Positions 13,881 through 28,020 of a stretch of 64,000 bases of DNA are shown here, one piece after another. Below the pieces are notes generated by a model. It saw only the letters and a list, made by a program, of their open reading frames with translations, did no database searches and had not been told where the DNA came from. Made by a program: the position numbers and the translations under genes. The stretch's first letter is position 1. Every line of letters begins with the position of its first letter. Location: NCBI GenBank assembly GCA_030704615.1, contig CM060731.1, positions 38,006,001-38,070,000 of the forward strand, in the 5' to 3' direction. Source of the DNA: Takakia lepidozioides (lineage: Eukaryota; Plantae; Bryophyta).

Positions 13881-16800
13881 ATCTTCCGCAACGCCGGGCT
13901 GATTTTGAAATTCACTTGCGCATAAGAACTTGGTGCCTTCCGCTTGGTGCCTGCCATTTCTCTTAGTCTTGCGGTTGCTGTAAGGAATTGGAGCACCTAT
14001 TCCTGTATCACAAGGAGTATGAAGCACACTGGAAGTTGTGTATACAACAATTTCCAGTTTGCGGAAGAGAAGGTGAGGAGTTCGCTTCTCGGTTTAAGTA
14101 GGGGTTCTCCTCTAACTTCTCTCGAGGTTGTCGTGGAGGTAATTCTGTCCTGCTGGTTGTCTGAGTTTAAAGTGCAGTTAGCTTTAATTGCTGGGCCCAA
14201 GCTTACCAAGAAGCATTTAGCCTCTGGTAACGGTTTTGAGAAAACTTCATCCCTTTTGTGCTTGATTTTCTTCCGTTGGTTTTTTCTTCGTGATTTGCTT
14301 TGGTTAAAACTGATGGTCGTTGATGATTGTCCAGTTTTGGTCAGTTATGTTCATCCCTCTGAGCTATGTTCATCCACTTTGGTACGTGGTCTGTTTTTAG
14401 ATGGGCGGTGTGGGCGCAGTACTTGCAGGTTGGTTTAATGGCTTTGCCCTTATTATCCGCCGTCTTTTGGCAATCCGTTGGATTGCGCCGTCGTTCTGCC
14501 CGTGTTATGATCGAAGGGTAGTGGTGTATGATTACTTTGGTCGGTGGGATGATCTGGAGCGTACATCTCGGAGTTTAACACAAGCAGTGACTCGTTGGCT
14601 GCTTCGTATTCGTTCACGGTTCTGTAGGGCATTTGTGTTGGCCACAGTTCACCATACGGTATACGGGGTGGTAATGTTGTCCTCCAGATGAATGGTGGTC
14701 TAGCCGTCGTGGTGTCCTGAATTCGTGTTGCCACCTGTCTTAGTACATGCTGATTCACCGTGTCGTGATGAATGTAGTAGGCATTGGTGGTTTCGCGCTC
14801 CTCATCTTCAGTTTGATCTTCCTCGTTGGCGTATAAATCATGTATAAGGGCTTTGTCATGTATTCCCTAGTAGCCTTTTAACTTGTTAATATTAATTTGT
14901 CCCACGAATTCTTGTTCCAAGGTCTGCAAATCAACAGTTTCATTGTCATGTACCCTTTTGATTTGAAATGGTCCCATCCATGGCATTTTCAATTTTCCGC
15001 CCAGTTTGATCTTCTTGATTTTAGGTAACCACAAAACAATGTCCCCGTCCTGGAAAGATTTCTCTTTCCCTTCGGATATTCTTTTCCTTCGTTGTTCCTG
15101 AATCCGTGCCATGTTATCTGCGGCATCTGCTCGAACTTCTTCCAAATGGAATAACTCATATTCCCTGACTCGTAAGGATTCTTCTAAACCCCATCGTTCA
15201 TGAGTTCCGGTTCGTAGTGTGGGTATCATACATTCAATGGGTAATAGTGCCTCTGTTCCATACACTAGTTGAAATGGTGTATGCTTCGTGGTCACCTTGT
15301 ATGATGTCCTGAATGCCCATAGTGCTATGTTCAATTTGGTGTCCCAATCTGTACGATTGGCATTTACTATCTTGGTAAAGATAGTGCATAATATTTTGTT
15401 GGTAGATTCGGCCTGACCGTTTCCTTGAGGATAGTAAGCAGTACTCTTGTGATGTACAATCATGAACTCTTCCGTCAAGCATTTTATCGCATCATTTATG
15501 AAATGTGATCCCTGATCACTGACGAATTCCAGTGGGCATTTTCATATAAGAATTTGGCTGTTGATCTGGCAGTGTTGTCCTTAGTGCCTTGGCCTCTACC
15601 CATTTGGTAGTGTAGTCAGTGCCTGTGAGGATGTATTGGTTTTGTGTATACCTTGCTGGAGGTTTAATGGGTTCCACGAAGTCTAGCCCCCAGCGTTGAA
15701 ATGGTTATGTTGGTAGTATTGGGTGCAGAGTCCCCTTCCCCGTTTGTTCTACTGGTCCCATCCTCTGGCAGACATCACACTGTTGACAGTGTTCATAAGT
15801 ATCTCCAAATATAGTAGGCCACCAGTAGCCTGCTAGTAATATTTTCTTTGCTGTCAGGTCCGAACTGAAGTGTCCTCCTGCAATTCCTTCATGTAGTTCT
15901 TGCATTACTGTTTTGGCTTGGTCTTTGTTTACACATCTTCTCATTATGGAGTCAATTCCTCTTTTGTACAGAATCCCTTTGATTAATGTATATGGCTTGC
16001 TTTTCATTGAAAGCTTCCTCCTGTCATCTTTGGTGTAATCTTCAGGAAATTTCCCTGTGTTCAGATAGTATTTGATTGGCCATTGCCAATCATCTTGATC
16101 TTGATCCTGAATATTTTCTGATTCTTCTTTGGTGACTGTATAAGCTCCAATACTGATATTGGCCAATTCTTGATTGTTTGTTTCTTTGTTTTCCTTGTCA
16201 TCTTCTTCTTCTGGATCTGGCTCTTCTTCAATAATAAGTCCTTCATCAAGAGGTTCATCTTCATCGGATGAATCATCTTCTTCATCCGTGTCGTCCATGA
16301 GTTTGAGAGCATCTAGAAGGTCATAGTCTCCTTGAAACATTCCCAGAGCATTTATAGGATCTGTCTCTTCATCTGGTGCTTCTGGTTGAACAGCAAACAA
16401 AAATGCATCGGGAAGTTGATCCTCTATCCCCGTGGCTGGTTCTCTTGTAGTAATCCTTGACAGATGATCTGTTGTAACATGTAATCTCCCTGGTTTATGA
16501 ACAACTTCAAAGTCATACTCATGAAGAAGTAATAACCATCGAGCAACCCTGCCACTAGCTAGTGGTCGATTTGCTAAATGAACTAGAGCCTGATGATCAA
16601 CAATAAACTTAAAGCGATTGCCAAGTAAATAATGCCGAAATTTTTGAACAGCATAAATCATTGCCAATGCTTCTCTCTCTGTGGTGCTATAGTTCTTTTC
16701 TGCTGCTATTAACAATCTGCTTGCATAATAGATTGGTGAATCTATTGTGCCTGTCACATTCTGAGCTAGAACCGCTCCCAAGGCAATGCCTGATGCATCA

Positions 16801-17075
16801 CTGTGTACATGAAATGGTAAATCCCATCTTGGATTTATCAGAATTGGTGCTGCTGTGAGTGCCCTTTTTAGTGAATCAAATGATTCCTGGCAAGCTGGAG
16901 ACCATCTGTATTCGGCATCTTGCTTCAGTAGTCTATAGACTGGTGCCGCTCTGTGAGCATATTTGTCCATGTACATTCTGTAATAGCTCGTCTGTCCCAA
17001 AAATCTCTTGAGTTTCTTGGGATTTTTTGGTGGTGGTATTTTCTGGATAACCTCCACTTTCTTTGGATCTACCAG
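13881..17075 (-). mobile_element. Family C Ty3/Gypsy fragment (RT end, RNase H, integrase, 3' region)
   Basis: FLGQTSYYR, HSDASG, YYASR, HEGIAGGH...CDVC, YPQGNGQAE, WMGPF; related to but distinct from family A. Confidence 0.9.
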
Positions 17076-18372
17076 AGGATGATTCAGATGAGGAAGAAGA
17101 GCAAGAGCTGAAAAGGAAGAGTAAGAGGAAGGAAAAGTTGAAGAACGACAATTATGAGAAAAGATTAGAAGAAATCTTGAAGCACAGAGGCTGCAACACA
17201 TTGGAGGAAGGATGTTTGGTGTGCAAAATGCCAGAATGAAGGCCATACCACCACTGAATGCCACATGAAGGAGAAACACTGTACTATCTGTAAAATGGAT
17301 AACCATTCTACTGAGAATTGTTACTACAACAGAAGGACAGCTGCAAGAGAACCTAGGCAAGTAAGGGTGCATCAAGTGCAGCCCCAGCCAAGAAGAAACA
17401 ATGATAAGGACCACTATGGTAGGCCTGGTGGTTATAACAATGGCATGGAAGGGAGAAGGTAATTCAAGAGGGAATTACCAAGGAAATTCCAGAGGCAACT
17501 ATCAGGGTAATCCAAGGGGGAATTACCAGCCAGGGAATCAGGATTACAGAAACAATTCAGGAACAGACCAACGTCGAGGACCTAATGGGGAAGAACTGTG
17601 TTACTATTGTAATCAGGCGGGCCATCGCAAGCAACCTGTCCATTCTGGATCAGACACCAGAATGAGATGAGAGCTCATGTGAATGAGGACCCAGTGGTGG
17701 CAGCTCACATGGTTAGGCCATGTGTTGTACCAGAAGTAAGTACAATGATAATAACGAGAAGCAAAGCCAAGCTAATACCTCCAGTAGATGAGGAAGATGA
17801 TGATAATGAAGATGGCAGTGATGTGCCTAAAGATGATGAGGCTTGGAGAGATGAGAAGGAACTGCACAAGGAAGTGACAGATACCATAAGGGAAATGCAG
17901 AAGAGTACTGATATTCCTATGGCAGATTCCTTTGATTCTGAAAGAGAAGAGGAAGTGAGTGAGGATGAAGGGAAGAAAGAAGCTGCAGACATGCAGAGTA
18001 ATGAAGGGACTTTGGCTGAAGTAATATGCCAGTCCAAAGCGGAGATTACCATTGGACAGCTATTGGCTGTGGCACCTTATTGTAGACACAGGCTGTATCA
18101 AGCAATCAATCGAATTGCCCATGTGACAGGGAACACAGACCTGAACAACAAGGTGACCAGTTATAATGTGAAGCCGGAAGGGCGAGAAACAGTCATGGAC
18201 TTTGATGATTCTATGCCAATAATCCAATTGAGAATTGGAAGCACAGAACTAACTGATGTACTGATAGATGGAGGCTCTGGAGTGAATATCATGACAGACC
18301 AAATAAGGCAGAAGCTTGGTCTAAGTAACATGAAACCAGCCCCATTTACAGTAACAATGGCAGATCAAAGAA
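17076..18372 (+). pseudogene. gag: Family A gag C-terminus and protease fragment
   Basis: CTICKMDNHSTENC, CYYCNQAGH, VLIDGGSGVNIM. Confidence 0.9.
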
Positions 18373-18707
18373 GAGAGCAGGACAGGGAACGACTGTGGGG
18401 AACAACACCTGCAAATGGAACATGTTAGTTCACTGTGTAGAGAGATCAGAGTGAAGCTGTGGAATGAATTGATGAGTTGATGGAATCCGATAGATTGATG
18501 AAACAAACTGATACTTAATTATCAATGGTAAGGTAGCTAACATGAATGCGGAAAGGGAAACAAATAGGAAACACCCCCATGATACACTAGCTGTAGGTCA
18601 TGACTGATTGTTCTACGCGGGCTAAGTACTTAGAGATTTCCAACTCTTCTATCTTGGAGTTTCCGCCTCGGATAGCGAAGGGATGGGTGAGTAAAAACCG
18701 CGCGACA
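18373..18707 (+). repeat. Family A partial LTR (3' end), internally deleted
   Basis: Ends CGCGACA at 18707 followed by GGGTA; nearly identical to reverse complement of 28021-28290. Confidence 0.88.
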
Positions 18708-20734
18708 GGGTATTCCATGACTGGAATTCTCAGTTACTAATCGTGCATAATGGGATGCACGAGATACAAATTACCACAAAGAAATCTAGTAGATTACCTG
18801 CTACGAGAAGACCTCGAGGGGTCAGAGAGTATGACTCGAGAGGAGGACTGGATGAGGAGCAGGAAGCTACCCTGTTTGCTGCACACCCAGAGTGGGAGCA
18901 GGTTATAGAGATGCGGCTGGAAGGCCTAAGTTGTTTAAGAGGTATTTGCTGTGGTGTAGTGTCAGCAACACCAATTGAAGAGGAAACCAGCAGTTACCCA
19001 TCACATTTCTATGAAGAAAGAGAAGGAGAAATGGAAATCCTAGAGGAACCAGCCACTGTAAGTTTACAGGATGAAGTGGTGACTGGTTGGACAATCACAG
19101 CTGATGAGCAGGTGATGGAAGTGAATGTGGGAACTAAAGAGGAACCAAGGATGGTGAAGGTAGGAGCTGATTTGGAGCCAAAATTCTTTGAAGAAGCTAC
19201 GAGTTTGTTCATCAAATACAGAGATGTATTTGCTTGGAGCTACGAGGATCTAAAAGGGATACCACCTGAGATCTGTCAGCATAAGATTGAACTGGAACCG
19301 GGATCAGTACCAATCAAGCAGGCAAGGTACAGAATGAATCCCAACTATGCACAGAAGGTTGGAGAAGAGATCCAGAAGTTGGCTGAGGCTAAGTTTATAT
19401 ACCCAATAGAGTATACAACTTGGTTGTCACCCATTGTGATAGTTCCCAATAAGAATGGTAAACTAAGAGTTTGTGTGATCTACAAGAAGCTGAATGCTTG
19501 TACAAAGAAAGATCCTTTCCTTTTGCCATTCACAGAAGCAGTATTGGACACTGTGGCAAGCCATGAGATGTACTCATTCATGGATGGCTTCAGTGGTTAT
19601 AATCAAGTGCAAGTGGCAGAAGAAGACCAAGGAAAGACAGCTTTCATCACAGACTGGGGTGCTTATGCATACAAAGTCATGCCCTTTGGACTTTGTAATG
19701 CACCAACAACCTTTCAGAGAGTGATAAGTGAATCTTTTCATGAGTATCTGGATGATTTCATGCAGGTATTCTTGGATGATTTTAGTGTGTACAGCTCTAA
19801 GAATGAGCACTTGCATAAATTGGAGTTATGTCTGGCCAGATGCAGGATGAGAGGTCTGGGCCTGAATCTAGAGAAGTGTACTTTCTGTGTGAACTCAGGG
19901 GTGCTTTTGGGACACATTGTGTGTAAGAGGGGACTTCTTGTGGATCCCAAGAAAACAGAGGCCATTAAAGCCTCTCCACCACCAGTGAATGTTAAGAGTC
20001 TAAGGAGATTCCTTGGGCAAACCAGTTATTACAGAAGATTTGTCAGACGGTATGCACAGATAGCAGCACCATTGACCAAACTTCTGAAGAAAGAAGCAGT
20101 GATAGTCAATGCAAACAAAACGGATTGGGATACAAAGCTGCTGACAGCTTTGTGGTCATACATGACTTCATATAAAGTCACCACTAAGTATACACCATTC
20201 CAATTAGTTTATGGTATGGAGGCTTTACTTCCAGTGGAATTCCTGTTACCTACCATGAGAACGGAATGGGGAAAAAGAATGGAATTGCAAGATTCAATTA
20301 AGGTCAGGAAACATGAATTATACCATGTGGAAGAAGTACGTGCTGATGCAGCTGATAACATGACCAGAATTCAGATGAAGAGAAAGGAACAGTTTGATGA
20401 AGGCAAGATAAAGACTTTTAAGACGGAAGATTTGGTTCTCTGGTTGCAGAAGAAGGGAAAGATTAAAGCTTCTAAGCTTAAATCACCATGGAAAGGACCT
20501 TATGTCATACAGAAGATGTATGATAACAACACCGCCATGTTACAAACCATTAACAAAGAGATATTGAGAAGAGTCAATGCCAATAAGTTGAAAGGGTACA
20601 GTGGTATCCATGACAAACCATTGCAGCATGATTTGCATGTTGAAACGCAAAAGCAGTCACGGGCTGCGCCAGTGATACCAACAGAGTATGGAGCACTTGT
20701 CGCTAGGCCGAGCGTATATGACCAGGGCGGGTAG
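18708..20734 (+). pseudogene. pol: Family A pol with RT fused to integrase C-terminal half by an in-frame deletion (~20099)
   Basis: ORF 18743-20734: FLDDF RT, then ...LLKKEA joined to VIVNANKTDWD; RNase H and integrase N-half absent. Confidence 0.9.
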
Positions 20735-20739
20735 TACAG

Positions 20740-20980
20740 GCGCGACACAACATATCACAGCCCAGCACGGCGCCACACAGCCTATCACAGCCCAGCACGG
20801 CGCGACACAGCATATCACAGCCCAGCACGGCGTAACATAGCCTATCACAGCCCATCACGGTGTCACACAACCTATCACAACCTACCACAGCATGTCACAG
20901 CCTATCACAGCTTACCACAGTGCCACACAACCTATCACAGCGTACCACAGTATGACACAGCATGTCACAGCTCAACACAG
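20740..20980. repeat. Internal decamer array (CACAGCC core, 30-bp higher order)
   Basis: cctatcacag/cccagcacgg/cgcgacacag units in exact 10-bp register. Confidence 0.85.
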
Positions 20981-21299
20981 CCTACTGGGGTTACACAATC
21001 CATATGATCAGTGACAGGTGGACGTGGGTTAACATCCGGAGAGTGGCTGGCGGAAAATTGGACAGAGGCACGTTTAAAAATAGACACGTGGATGCCTGGG
21101 CAAGACACACAGCTGACATGGATTGCAAAGGCCAATGTCATCAAGGAAGAAGACAAAATTGGCCGTCAAAGTACCTACCCGGCACATTAACTTATTATGG
21201 GCCCATTAATGAATACGGGGAAAGGGTAACGGAACCCTTTAAAAATACCGAAAAGCGAAATCCATGTCACATGTGCTATCCTAGTGGATAGTCCAAAGT

Positions 21300-23757
21300 G
21301 GAAAATCCATGGAAGGAAATTAAATCTAAAATCCAGTCACAGCAGTTACAGCCAATCATAAGCCAGAAGCAGGACCAAGAAATTGGAGGGATTTAAAGCG
21401 CAAGAGTCGGCGTCGTTCCAAGTAACGGGCGTCTCGACGGGACAGACCATCAATGCTATAGCTTTGAAGCTATGGAGGAACTAACAGACTATACGCTTGC
21501 GATACTACTTACGCAGTGGCACGGGGATAGAAGAACAGAGAGTATCTTTTCTCTTAATCGATGCTTGCAAGCCCCGCAGGCTTACAAGAAATTACCCATA
21601 GCATTTTGTGGCAACCATACGTTTATGCTTTGTGCCCTGCAAGCATTTCTTCAATTGTTACAGCCAAAACCTTTCTGTGGGTCTAGAATGAAGAGAGTGA
21701 GAGGAATGGAAGAAATCAGGGTGAAGAGCACCACAATCCTGCAGAAACAAACGATTGCTACTCCACAGGCGGTACAGTTACTGAAGGAGCTGTGATTAGA
21801 AGGATTGCAAAGTAAAGATTGGACATTGCACCATAGGTAGTACATGTTACAATTCTTGCAGAACTTTGAGCCTAGGACAGGAGCAACAATGGTGAAGGGA
21901 GTTGAATTAGAAATTACTCCCCTATACCTACAGCAATTGTTTGAATTGCCATCAGGTCAGGTGCATGTGGAGGAGCACAGGGCAAGACTGCAAATAGGGG
22001 ACTTATTCCAAGAAGGGAGTTTCTTTAAAACTCAGGGTTATGCTTGTACCAAGGCCGTGTACCCAGGGCTAAGGGAGGTAGGCCATGTATTGAATGTTCT
22101 GTTTGCCATGAAACAGAACCAACAGTATTTGAGCATATCCTTTACAGAGGAAATACTCAAAGCCCTGAGAGGAGAAGAGGTAGCATGGGCGGACATAATG
22201 TACAACGCACTGGTAGAGGAGATGAAAAGATTACAGGGCACTGCCGCAAAGTCTCCTATCATAGTGTCTGGCCCAATCATTGCTCAAATAATTCTTGATT
22301 CTTGAATACTTAATGCTCGGAAAAGAAATGAGATGGGATTGTTTGAGGCCGAAACCACTGCAATGGAAGAGCAAGGCTCGTCACACAGTGAGGGTGGACT
22401 GGCAGGGCAACCCCAGTCTAAGAGACAGAGGCGGGGAAAGACTGTAGTGGCGGATCCACTGGCTTCACGGAAACCGCATGATAATGTTTCCCAAGCTCTT
22501 GTGTAGGAAGGGGCACAGCAGCACAGAGAGCTGCTATTATTGGAAGCAGGGCCTTCAGAGAGGGAAGAGGAAGTTACTTCAAGATCACAGCCATCACAGC
22601 CACATGATCGGATTGTCACAGAGTTACCACAAGTTGTCCATGCAGTTCCACCACAAATAATTGATTTGGAGAAAGAAGGGTTAGATATCCCCACTACAGA
22701 ATAGGTGGTGGCAGAAATTGAGAAGGGGGACCTTCTCTATGAAAATTCTGGTTTGGTCAGGGAAACAATGATTGCAGAGGTGCAGCGGTTGTCCAGGGGA
22801 AACCCTACTGTGCATATAATACACACACCTGTGACGGAGGTACCACAGGTAGAATGTCAAGACACTGCAGCACCTGTGACGGATGAAGTGGTTCAGGAAG
22901 AAAATCTGGTGGGGCAATGGCCTGAATGGTTCGTGAGGCATCACACTGTTGAGGATCAGGGAGAACATCAACAAGCTCACCATGATAACCCTCAACAGGC
23001 CATGCTTATGAGTTCCATAAGCATGACACTTAATTTGTTGGGCACTTATGTCAAATCCCATGTTCCAACTACCCAATTGGCAGCTTTGAGGGAGGAACTC
23101 AGGAAGGAGTTTGAGGCTCGACTTGCCATTGAGTGTGCAAACAAGGTCAATGAGGAGGTCACTCTCAAGATACAGCAAGACTTAGAGAGTACAAAAGCTG
23201 CTTTGCAATTGGCCAAGGAACAATTGATTGAGGCAGGCCTCGCGCAAGACCAGTTGCACGAAGCACATAAGCAACAGCTATACCAAATGCAGGTGAAGCA
23301 TGAAAGCAAGTTGCAAGAAGTGAATGCACTACATACGGAGTTGCAGACAGTGCATGACAGGATGGCCATACAATGTGCTACACTCACAACTACGCTTGAG
23401 CACACTACATTAGAAGTTAACAGTCAAGCGGAAAGATGTACGAAGGCAGAGGCAGAGAATGTCGAGCAAGCGAAACTCATTATCGATATGAAGAATACAA
23501 TCTGTCGCAATGAGAATACCTTCAAGCAATACAGGCAGGTTGAAGCTGACCAAGAGAGGTACATCCTGGAATTGCAACAAACGCTCATGTCCAATAGAAA
23601 TGAACTCTCTGTGGCTAACAAGGCTTGGAAGGAAGCCAATAATCTGGCTGCTGCATATGCGAATTTGGTTGAACCTCATGCGAAGCGCATGGAGGCTTTA
23701 CAGCAGCAGATAGATGTGTACAGGCTCACAGAAGAACAGACTCTCAGGGGTGCCACA
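21300..23757 (+). pseudogene. Family A extra ORF, N-terminal and coiled-coil part
   Basis: ORFs 21472-21795, 21844-22305, 22705-23778 collinear with 3740-5950. Confidence 0.8.
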
Positions 23758-26700
23758 AGCAACGCATCTGGTAATTGATCATCTATTCCTGTGGCTGGTT
23801 TTCCTGTTGATAACCGTGACAAGTGATCCGCCACAAGATGCAGTCTCCCAGGCTTGTAAACAACCTCAAACTCAAACTCGTGCAAGATTATCAACCATCT
23901 TGTTATTCTTCCGCTTATCAGAGGTTTGTTTACCGGGTATATCAGAGCCTGGTGATCCACATAGAACATAAACTTCTTGCCCAACAGGTAATGCCTGAAT
24001 TTCTTCACTGCATAGATCATTGCCAATGCTTCTCTTTCTGTTGTGCTATAGTTCCTTTCAGCACTGTTCATCAACCTGCTAGCATAGTACACAGGTGAAT
24101 CTATATTTCCTGTAACATTCTGGGCTAACACCGCTCCCAATGCTTCTCATGATGCATCGCAGTGAACATGAAACACTACATGCCAGTGAGGGTTAATCAG
24201 CACAGGTGTAGTTGTTACTGACAGTGTAAGTTCCTCAAACGCCTGCTGACATTCAGTTGTCCAGGCAAACACTGCATCTTTCTTCAGAAGCTTGCTCAAT
24301 GGTGCTGCTATTTGTGCATACCTTTTGACAAATCTTCTGTAATAACTGGTTTGCCCAAGGAATCTTCTTAGACTTTTAACATTCACTGGTGGTGGAGAGG
24401 CTTTAATGGACTCTGTCTTTCTGGGATCCACAAGAAGTCCCTTCTTACACACAATGTGTCCCAGAAGCACCCCTGAGTTCACACAGAAAGTACACTTCTC
24501 TGGATTCAGGCCCAGACCTCTCATCCTGCATCTGGCCAGACATAACTCCAATTTATGCAGTGCTCATTCTTAGAGCTGTACACACTGAAATCATCCAAGA
24601 ATACCTGCATGAAATCATCCAGATACTCATGAAAAGATTCACTTATCACTCTCTGAAAGGTCGCTCGTGCATTACAAAGTCCAAAGGGCATGACTTTGTA
24701 TGCATAAGCCCCCCAGTCTGTGATGAAAGCTGTTTTCCCTTGGTCTTCTTCTGCCACTTGCACTTGATTATAACCACTGAAGCCATCCATGAATGAGTAC
24801 ATCTCATGGCCTGCCACAGTGTCTAATACTGCTTCTGTGAATGACAAAGGGAAAGGATCTTTCTTTGTACAAGCATTCAGCTTCTTGTAGTTCATACATA
24901 CTCTTAGTTTGCCATTCTTCTTGGGAACTATAACAATGGGTGACAACCAAGTTGTATACTCTATTGGGTATATAAACTTAGCCTCAGCCAACTTCTTAAT
25001 CTCTTCTCCAACCTTCTGTGCGTAGTTGGGATTCATTCTATACCTCGCCTGCTTGATTGGTACTGACCCTAGTTCCAGTTCAATCTTATGCTGACAGACT
25101 TCAGGTGGTATCCCTTTTAAATCCTCATAACTCCAAGCAAATACATCTCTGTATTTGATGAACAAGCTTTTAGCTTCTTCAAAGAACTCCGGCTCCAAAT
25201 CAGCTCCTACTTTCACCATCCTCGGTTCCTCTTTAGTTCCCACATTCACTTCCCTCACTTGCTCATCAGCTGTGATTGTCCAACCAGTCACCACTTCATC
25301 CTGTAAGCTCACAGTGGCTGGTTCCTCTAGGATTTGCATTTCTCCTTCTCTTTCTTCATAGAAATGTGATGGGTAACTGCTGGTTTCCTCTTCAGTTGGT
25401 GTTGCTGTCACTACACCACAGCAGATACCTCTTAAACAACTTAGGCTTTCCAGCCGCATCTCTGCAACCTGCTCCCACTCTGGGTGTGCAGCAAATAGGG
25501 TAGCTTCCTGCTCCTCATCCAGTCCTCCTCTCCAGTCATACTCTCTGACTCCTCGAGGTCTTCTTGTAGCAGGTAATCTACTAGATTTCTTTGTGGTAAT
25601 TTGTATCTCGTGTATCCCATTGTGCACGGTTAGTAACTGAGAATTCCAGTCATGGAATACCCTGGCCTGTTTCAGCCACGGACGTCCCAATAATAAGGAG
25701 TAAGCCTCCATGACTTCATCCATCTTTAACACAGTTACTGTGATCATAAAGATCATCTTCTGTGTCTGTATCTTAACTCCTCTTATCAATCCCAATGGCT
25801 GTACACTTCTTTGATCTGCCATTGTTACTGTAAATGGGGCTGGTTTCATGTTACTTAGACCAAGCTTCTTCCTTAATTGGTTTGTCATGATATTTACTCC
25901 AGAACCTCCATCTATCAGTACATCAGTTAGTTCTATGCTCCCAATTCTCAATTGGATTACTGGCATAGAATCATCAAAGTCCATGACTGTTTCTCGCCCT
26001 TCCGGCTTCACATTATAACTGGTCACCTTGCTGTTCAGGTCTGTGTTTCCTGTCTCCTGGGCAATTCGATTGATTGCTTGATACAGCCTGTGCCTACAAT
26101 AAGGTGCCACAGCTAATAGCTGTCCAATGGTAATTTCTGCTTTGGTCTGCCATATTACTTCAGCCAAAGTTTCTTCATTACTTTGCACGCCAGAAACTTC
26201 TTTCTTCCTTTCATCCTCACTCACTTCTTCTTCTCCATCAGAATCAGAGGAATCTGCCATAGGAATATCAGTACTCTTCTGCATTTCCTTATAGTATCTG
26301 CCACTTCCTTGTGCAGTTCCTTCTCATCTTTTCAAGTCTCTTCATCTTCAGGCATATCACTGCCATCTTCATTATCATCATCTTCCTCAGCTACTGGAGG
26401 TATTGGTTTGGCTTTGCTTCTGGTTACTATCATTGTACTTACTTCTGGTACAACACATGGCCTAACCATGTGAGCTGCCACCACTGGGCCCTCATTCACA
26501 TGAGCTCTCATCTCATTCTGGTGTCTTATCCAGAATGAACAGGCTGCCTTGCGATGTCCTGGCTGATTACAATAGTAACATAGTTCTTCACCATTGGGTC
26601 CTCGCCCTTGGTCTGTTCTTGGATTATTTCTATAATCTTGATTCCCGGGCTGGTAATTCCCCCTTGAATTACCCTGATAGTTGCCTCTGGAATTTCCTTG

Positions 26701-28020
26701 GTAATTCCCTCTTGAATTACCTCTCCCTTCCATGCCATTGTTATAACCACCAGACCTACCATAGTGGTCCTGTTCATTGTTTCTTCTTGGCTGGGGCTGC
26801 ACTTGATGCACCCTTACTTGCCTAGGTTCTCTTGCAGCTGTCCTTCTGTTGTAGTAACAATTCTCAGTAGAATGGTTATCCATTTTACAGATAGTACAGT
26901 GTTTCTCCTTCATGTGGCATTCAGTGGTGGTATGGCCTTCATTCTGGCACTTTGCACACCAAACACCCTTCCTCCAATGTGTTGCAGCCTCTGTGGCATA
27001 CTTCTTCAAGATTTCTTCCAATCTTTTTTCATAGTTATCCCTCTTCAACTTCTCCTTTCTCTTACTCTTTCTTTTTAGTTCTTGCTCTTCTTCTTCATCT
27101 GACTCATCCTCAGAGTCCTCATCATCCATTTTCTCTCTCCTGAGCATTCCCAATTGCTCAATTCTGTTCGCAGTTTCAAATGCCTCCTCCACTGTATTAT
27201 GGGGTAACATATCCACTTTCTTTTGCAACTCTGGTCTTAGTCCACTCACAAACCAAGTCTTCTGTAAACCTGGTGCTGGTACTGCAGCCAGCTTTTTCAT
27301 CATCAATTCCATCTTTTCCATATACTCCTCAACAGTTTCATGCTTCTTTTGCTTTAACTGTTGTAAACTTCCATACACTTCATCTTCAGTTTTACTTGTC
27401 CTGAACCTATTTCGAAATGTTGTATTCAAGCCATTCCAGGTTAGGAAATGATTATCAGGGAATCTTGCATACCATTCACTTGCTTTCTTGATAAGTGAAC
27501 AAGGAAACAATCTCATCTTGGCATCATCGCCATTCTCATTGTTCACTATACACATGTGCTCAAATTGGCTAATGTGTACATCGGGATCCCCTTTTCTTGA
27601 ATATATTGGAAAGGGTGGTTTTGCCCGTGTTGGTTGTAACTCCATCTGTGGCCCTACCTTCTGCCCACTGACAGGTGCTTGCACCCTTGCTGGTGCTGGT
27701 CCTTCTGGACCTTTTGTTTTTGTGGTGGATCTTCCACCAAGTGGTGGCCCTTGATCACTCCCTGCTTCCGGCCCCATGATATTCACAGTATTCCCAGCTT
27801 CAGTTGCACTACTTCCCACACTCCCTGTCCCCCCAGAGCCAGATCCAGGCAGTCCGCCTGATCCCCCTGAGCCGACACCTTCGTTGGCCTGTGATCCAAG
27901 TGCTCCACTTGATCCAGGTCCAACGGGTTGGGATGTCCTGGTTGTAGTCTCAACCTCAGCTGTTGGGTCTACTTCTTCATATTCTTCCTCTTCCAATTTC
28001 TTCTCTCTATTTTCATCCTC
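23758..28020 (-). pseudogene. Inverted family A gag-PR-RT-RNase H segment
   Basis: ORFs 26332-28122, 24521-26284, 24147-24551, 23676-24140; stops at DQLPDA; PBS and gag N-terminus deleted at 28020. Confidence 0.92.

Noticed and set aside
15705-17414. 569-aa ORF as one protein
   Set aside because: Chimera: the N-terminus is the antisense of family A gag joined at ~17075 to family C pol
18743-20734. Novel RT-integrase fusion protein
   Set aside because: Explained by an in-frame deletion removing RNase H and the catalytic N-half of integrase
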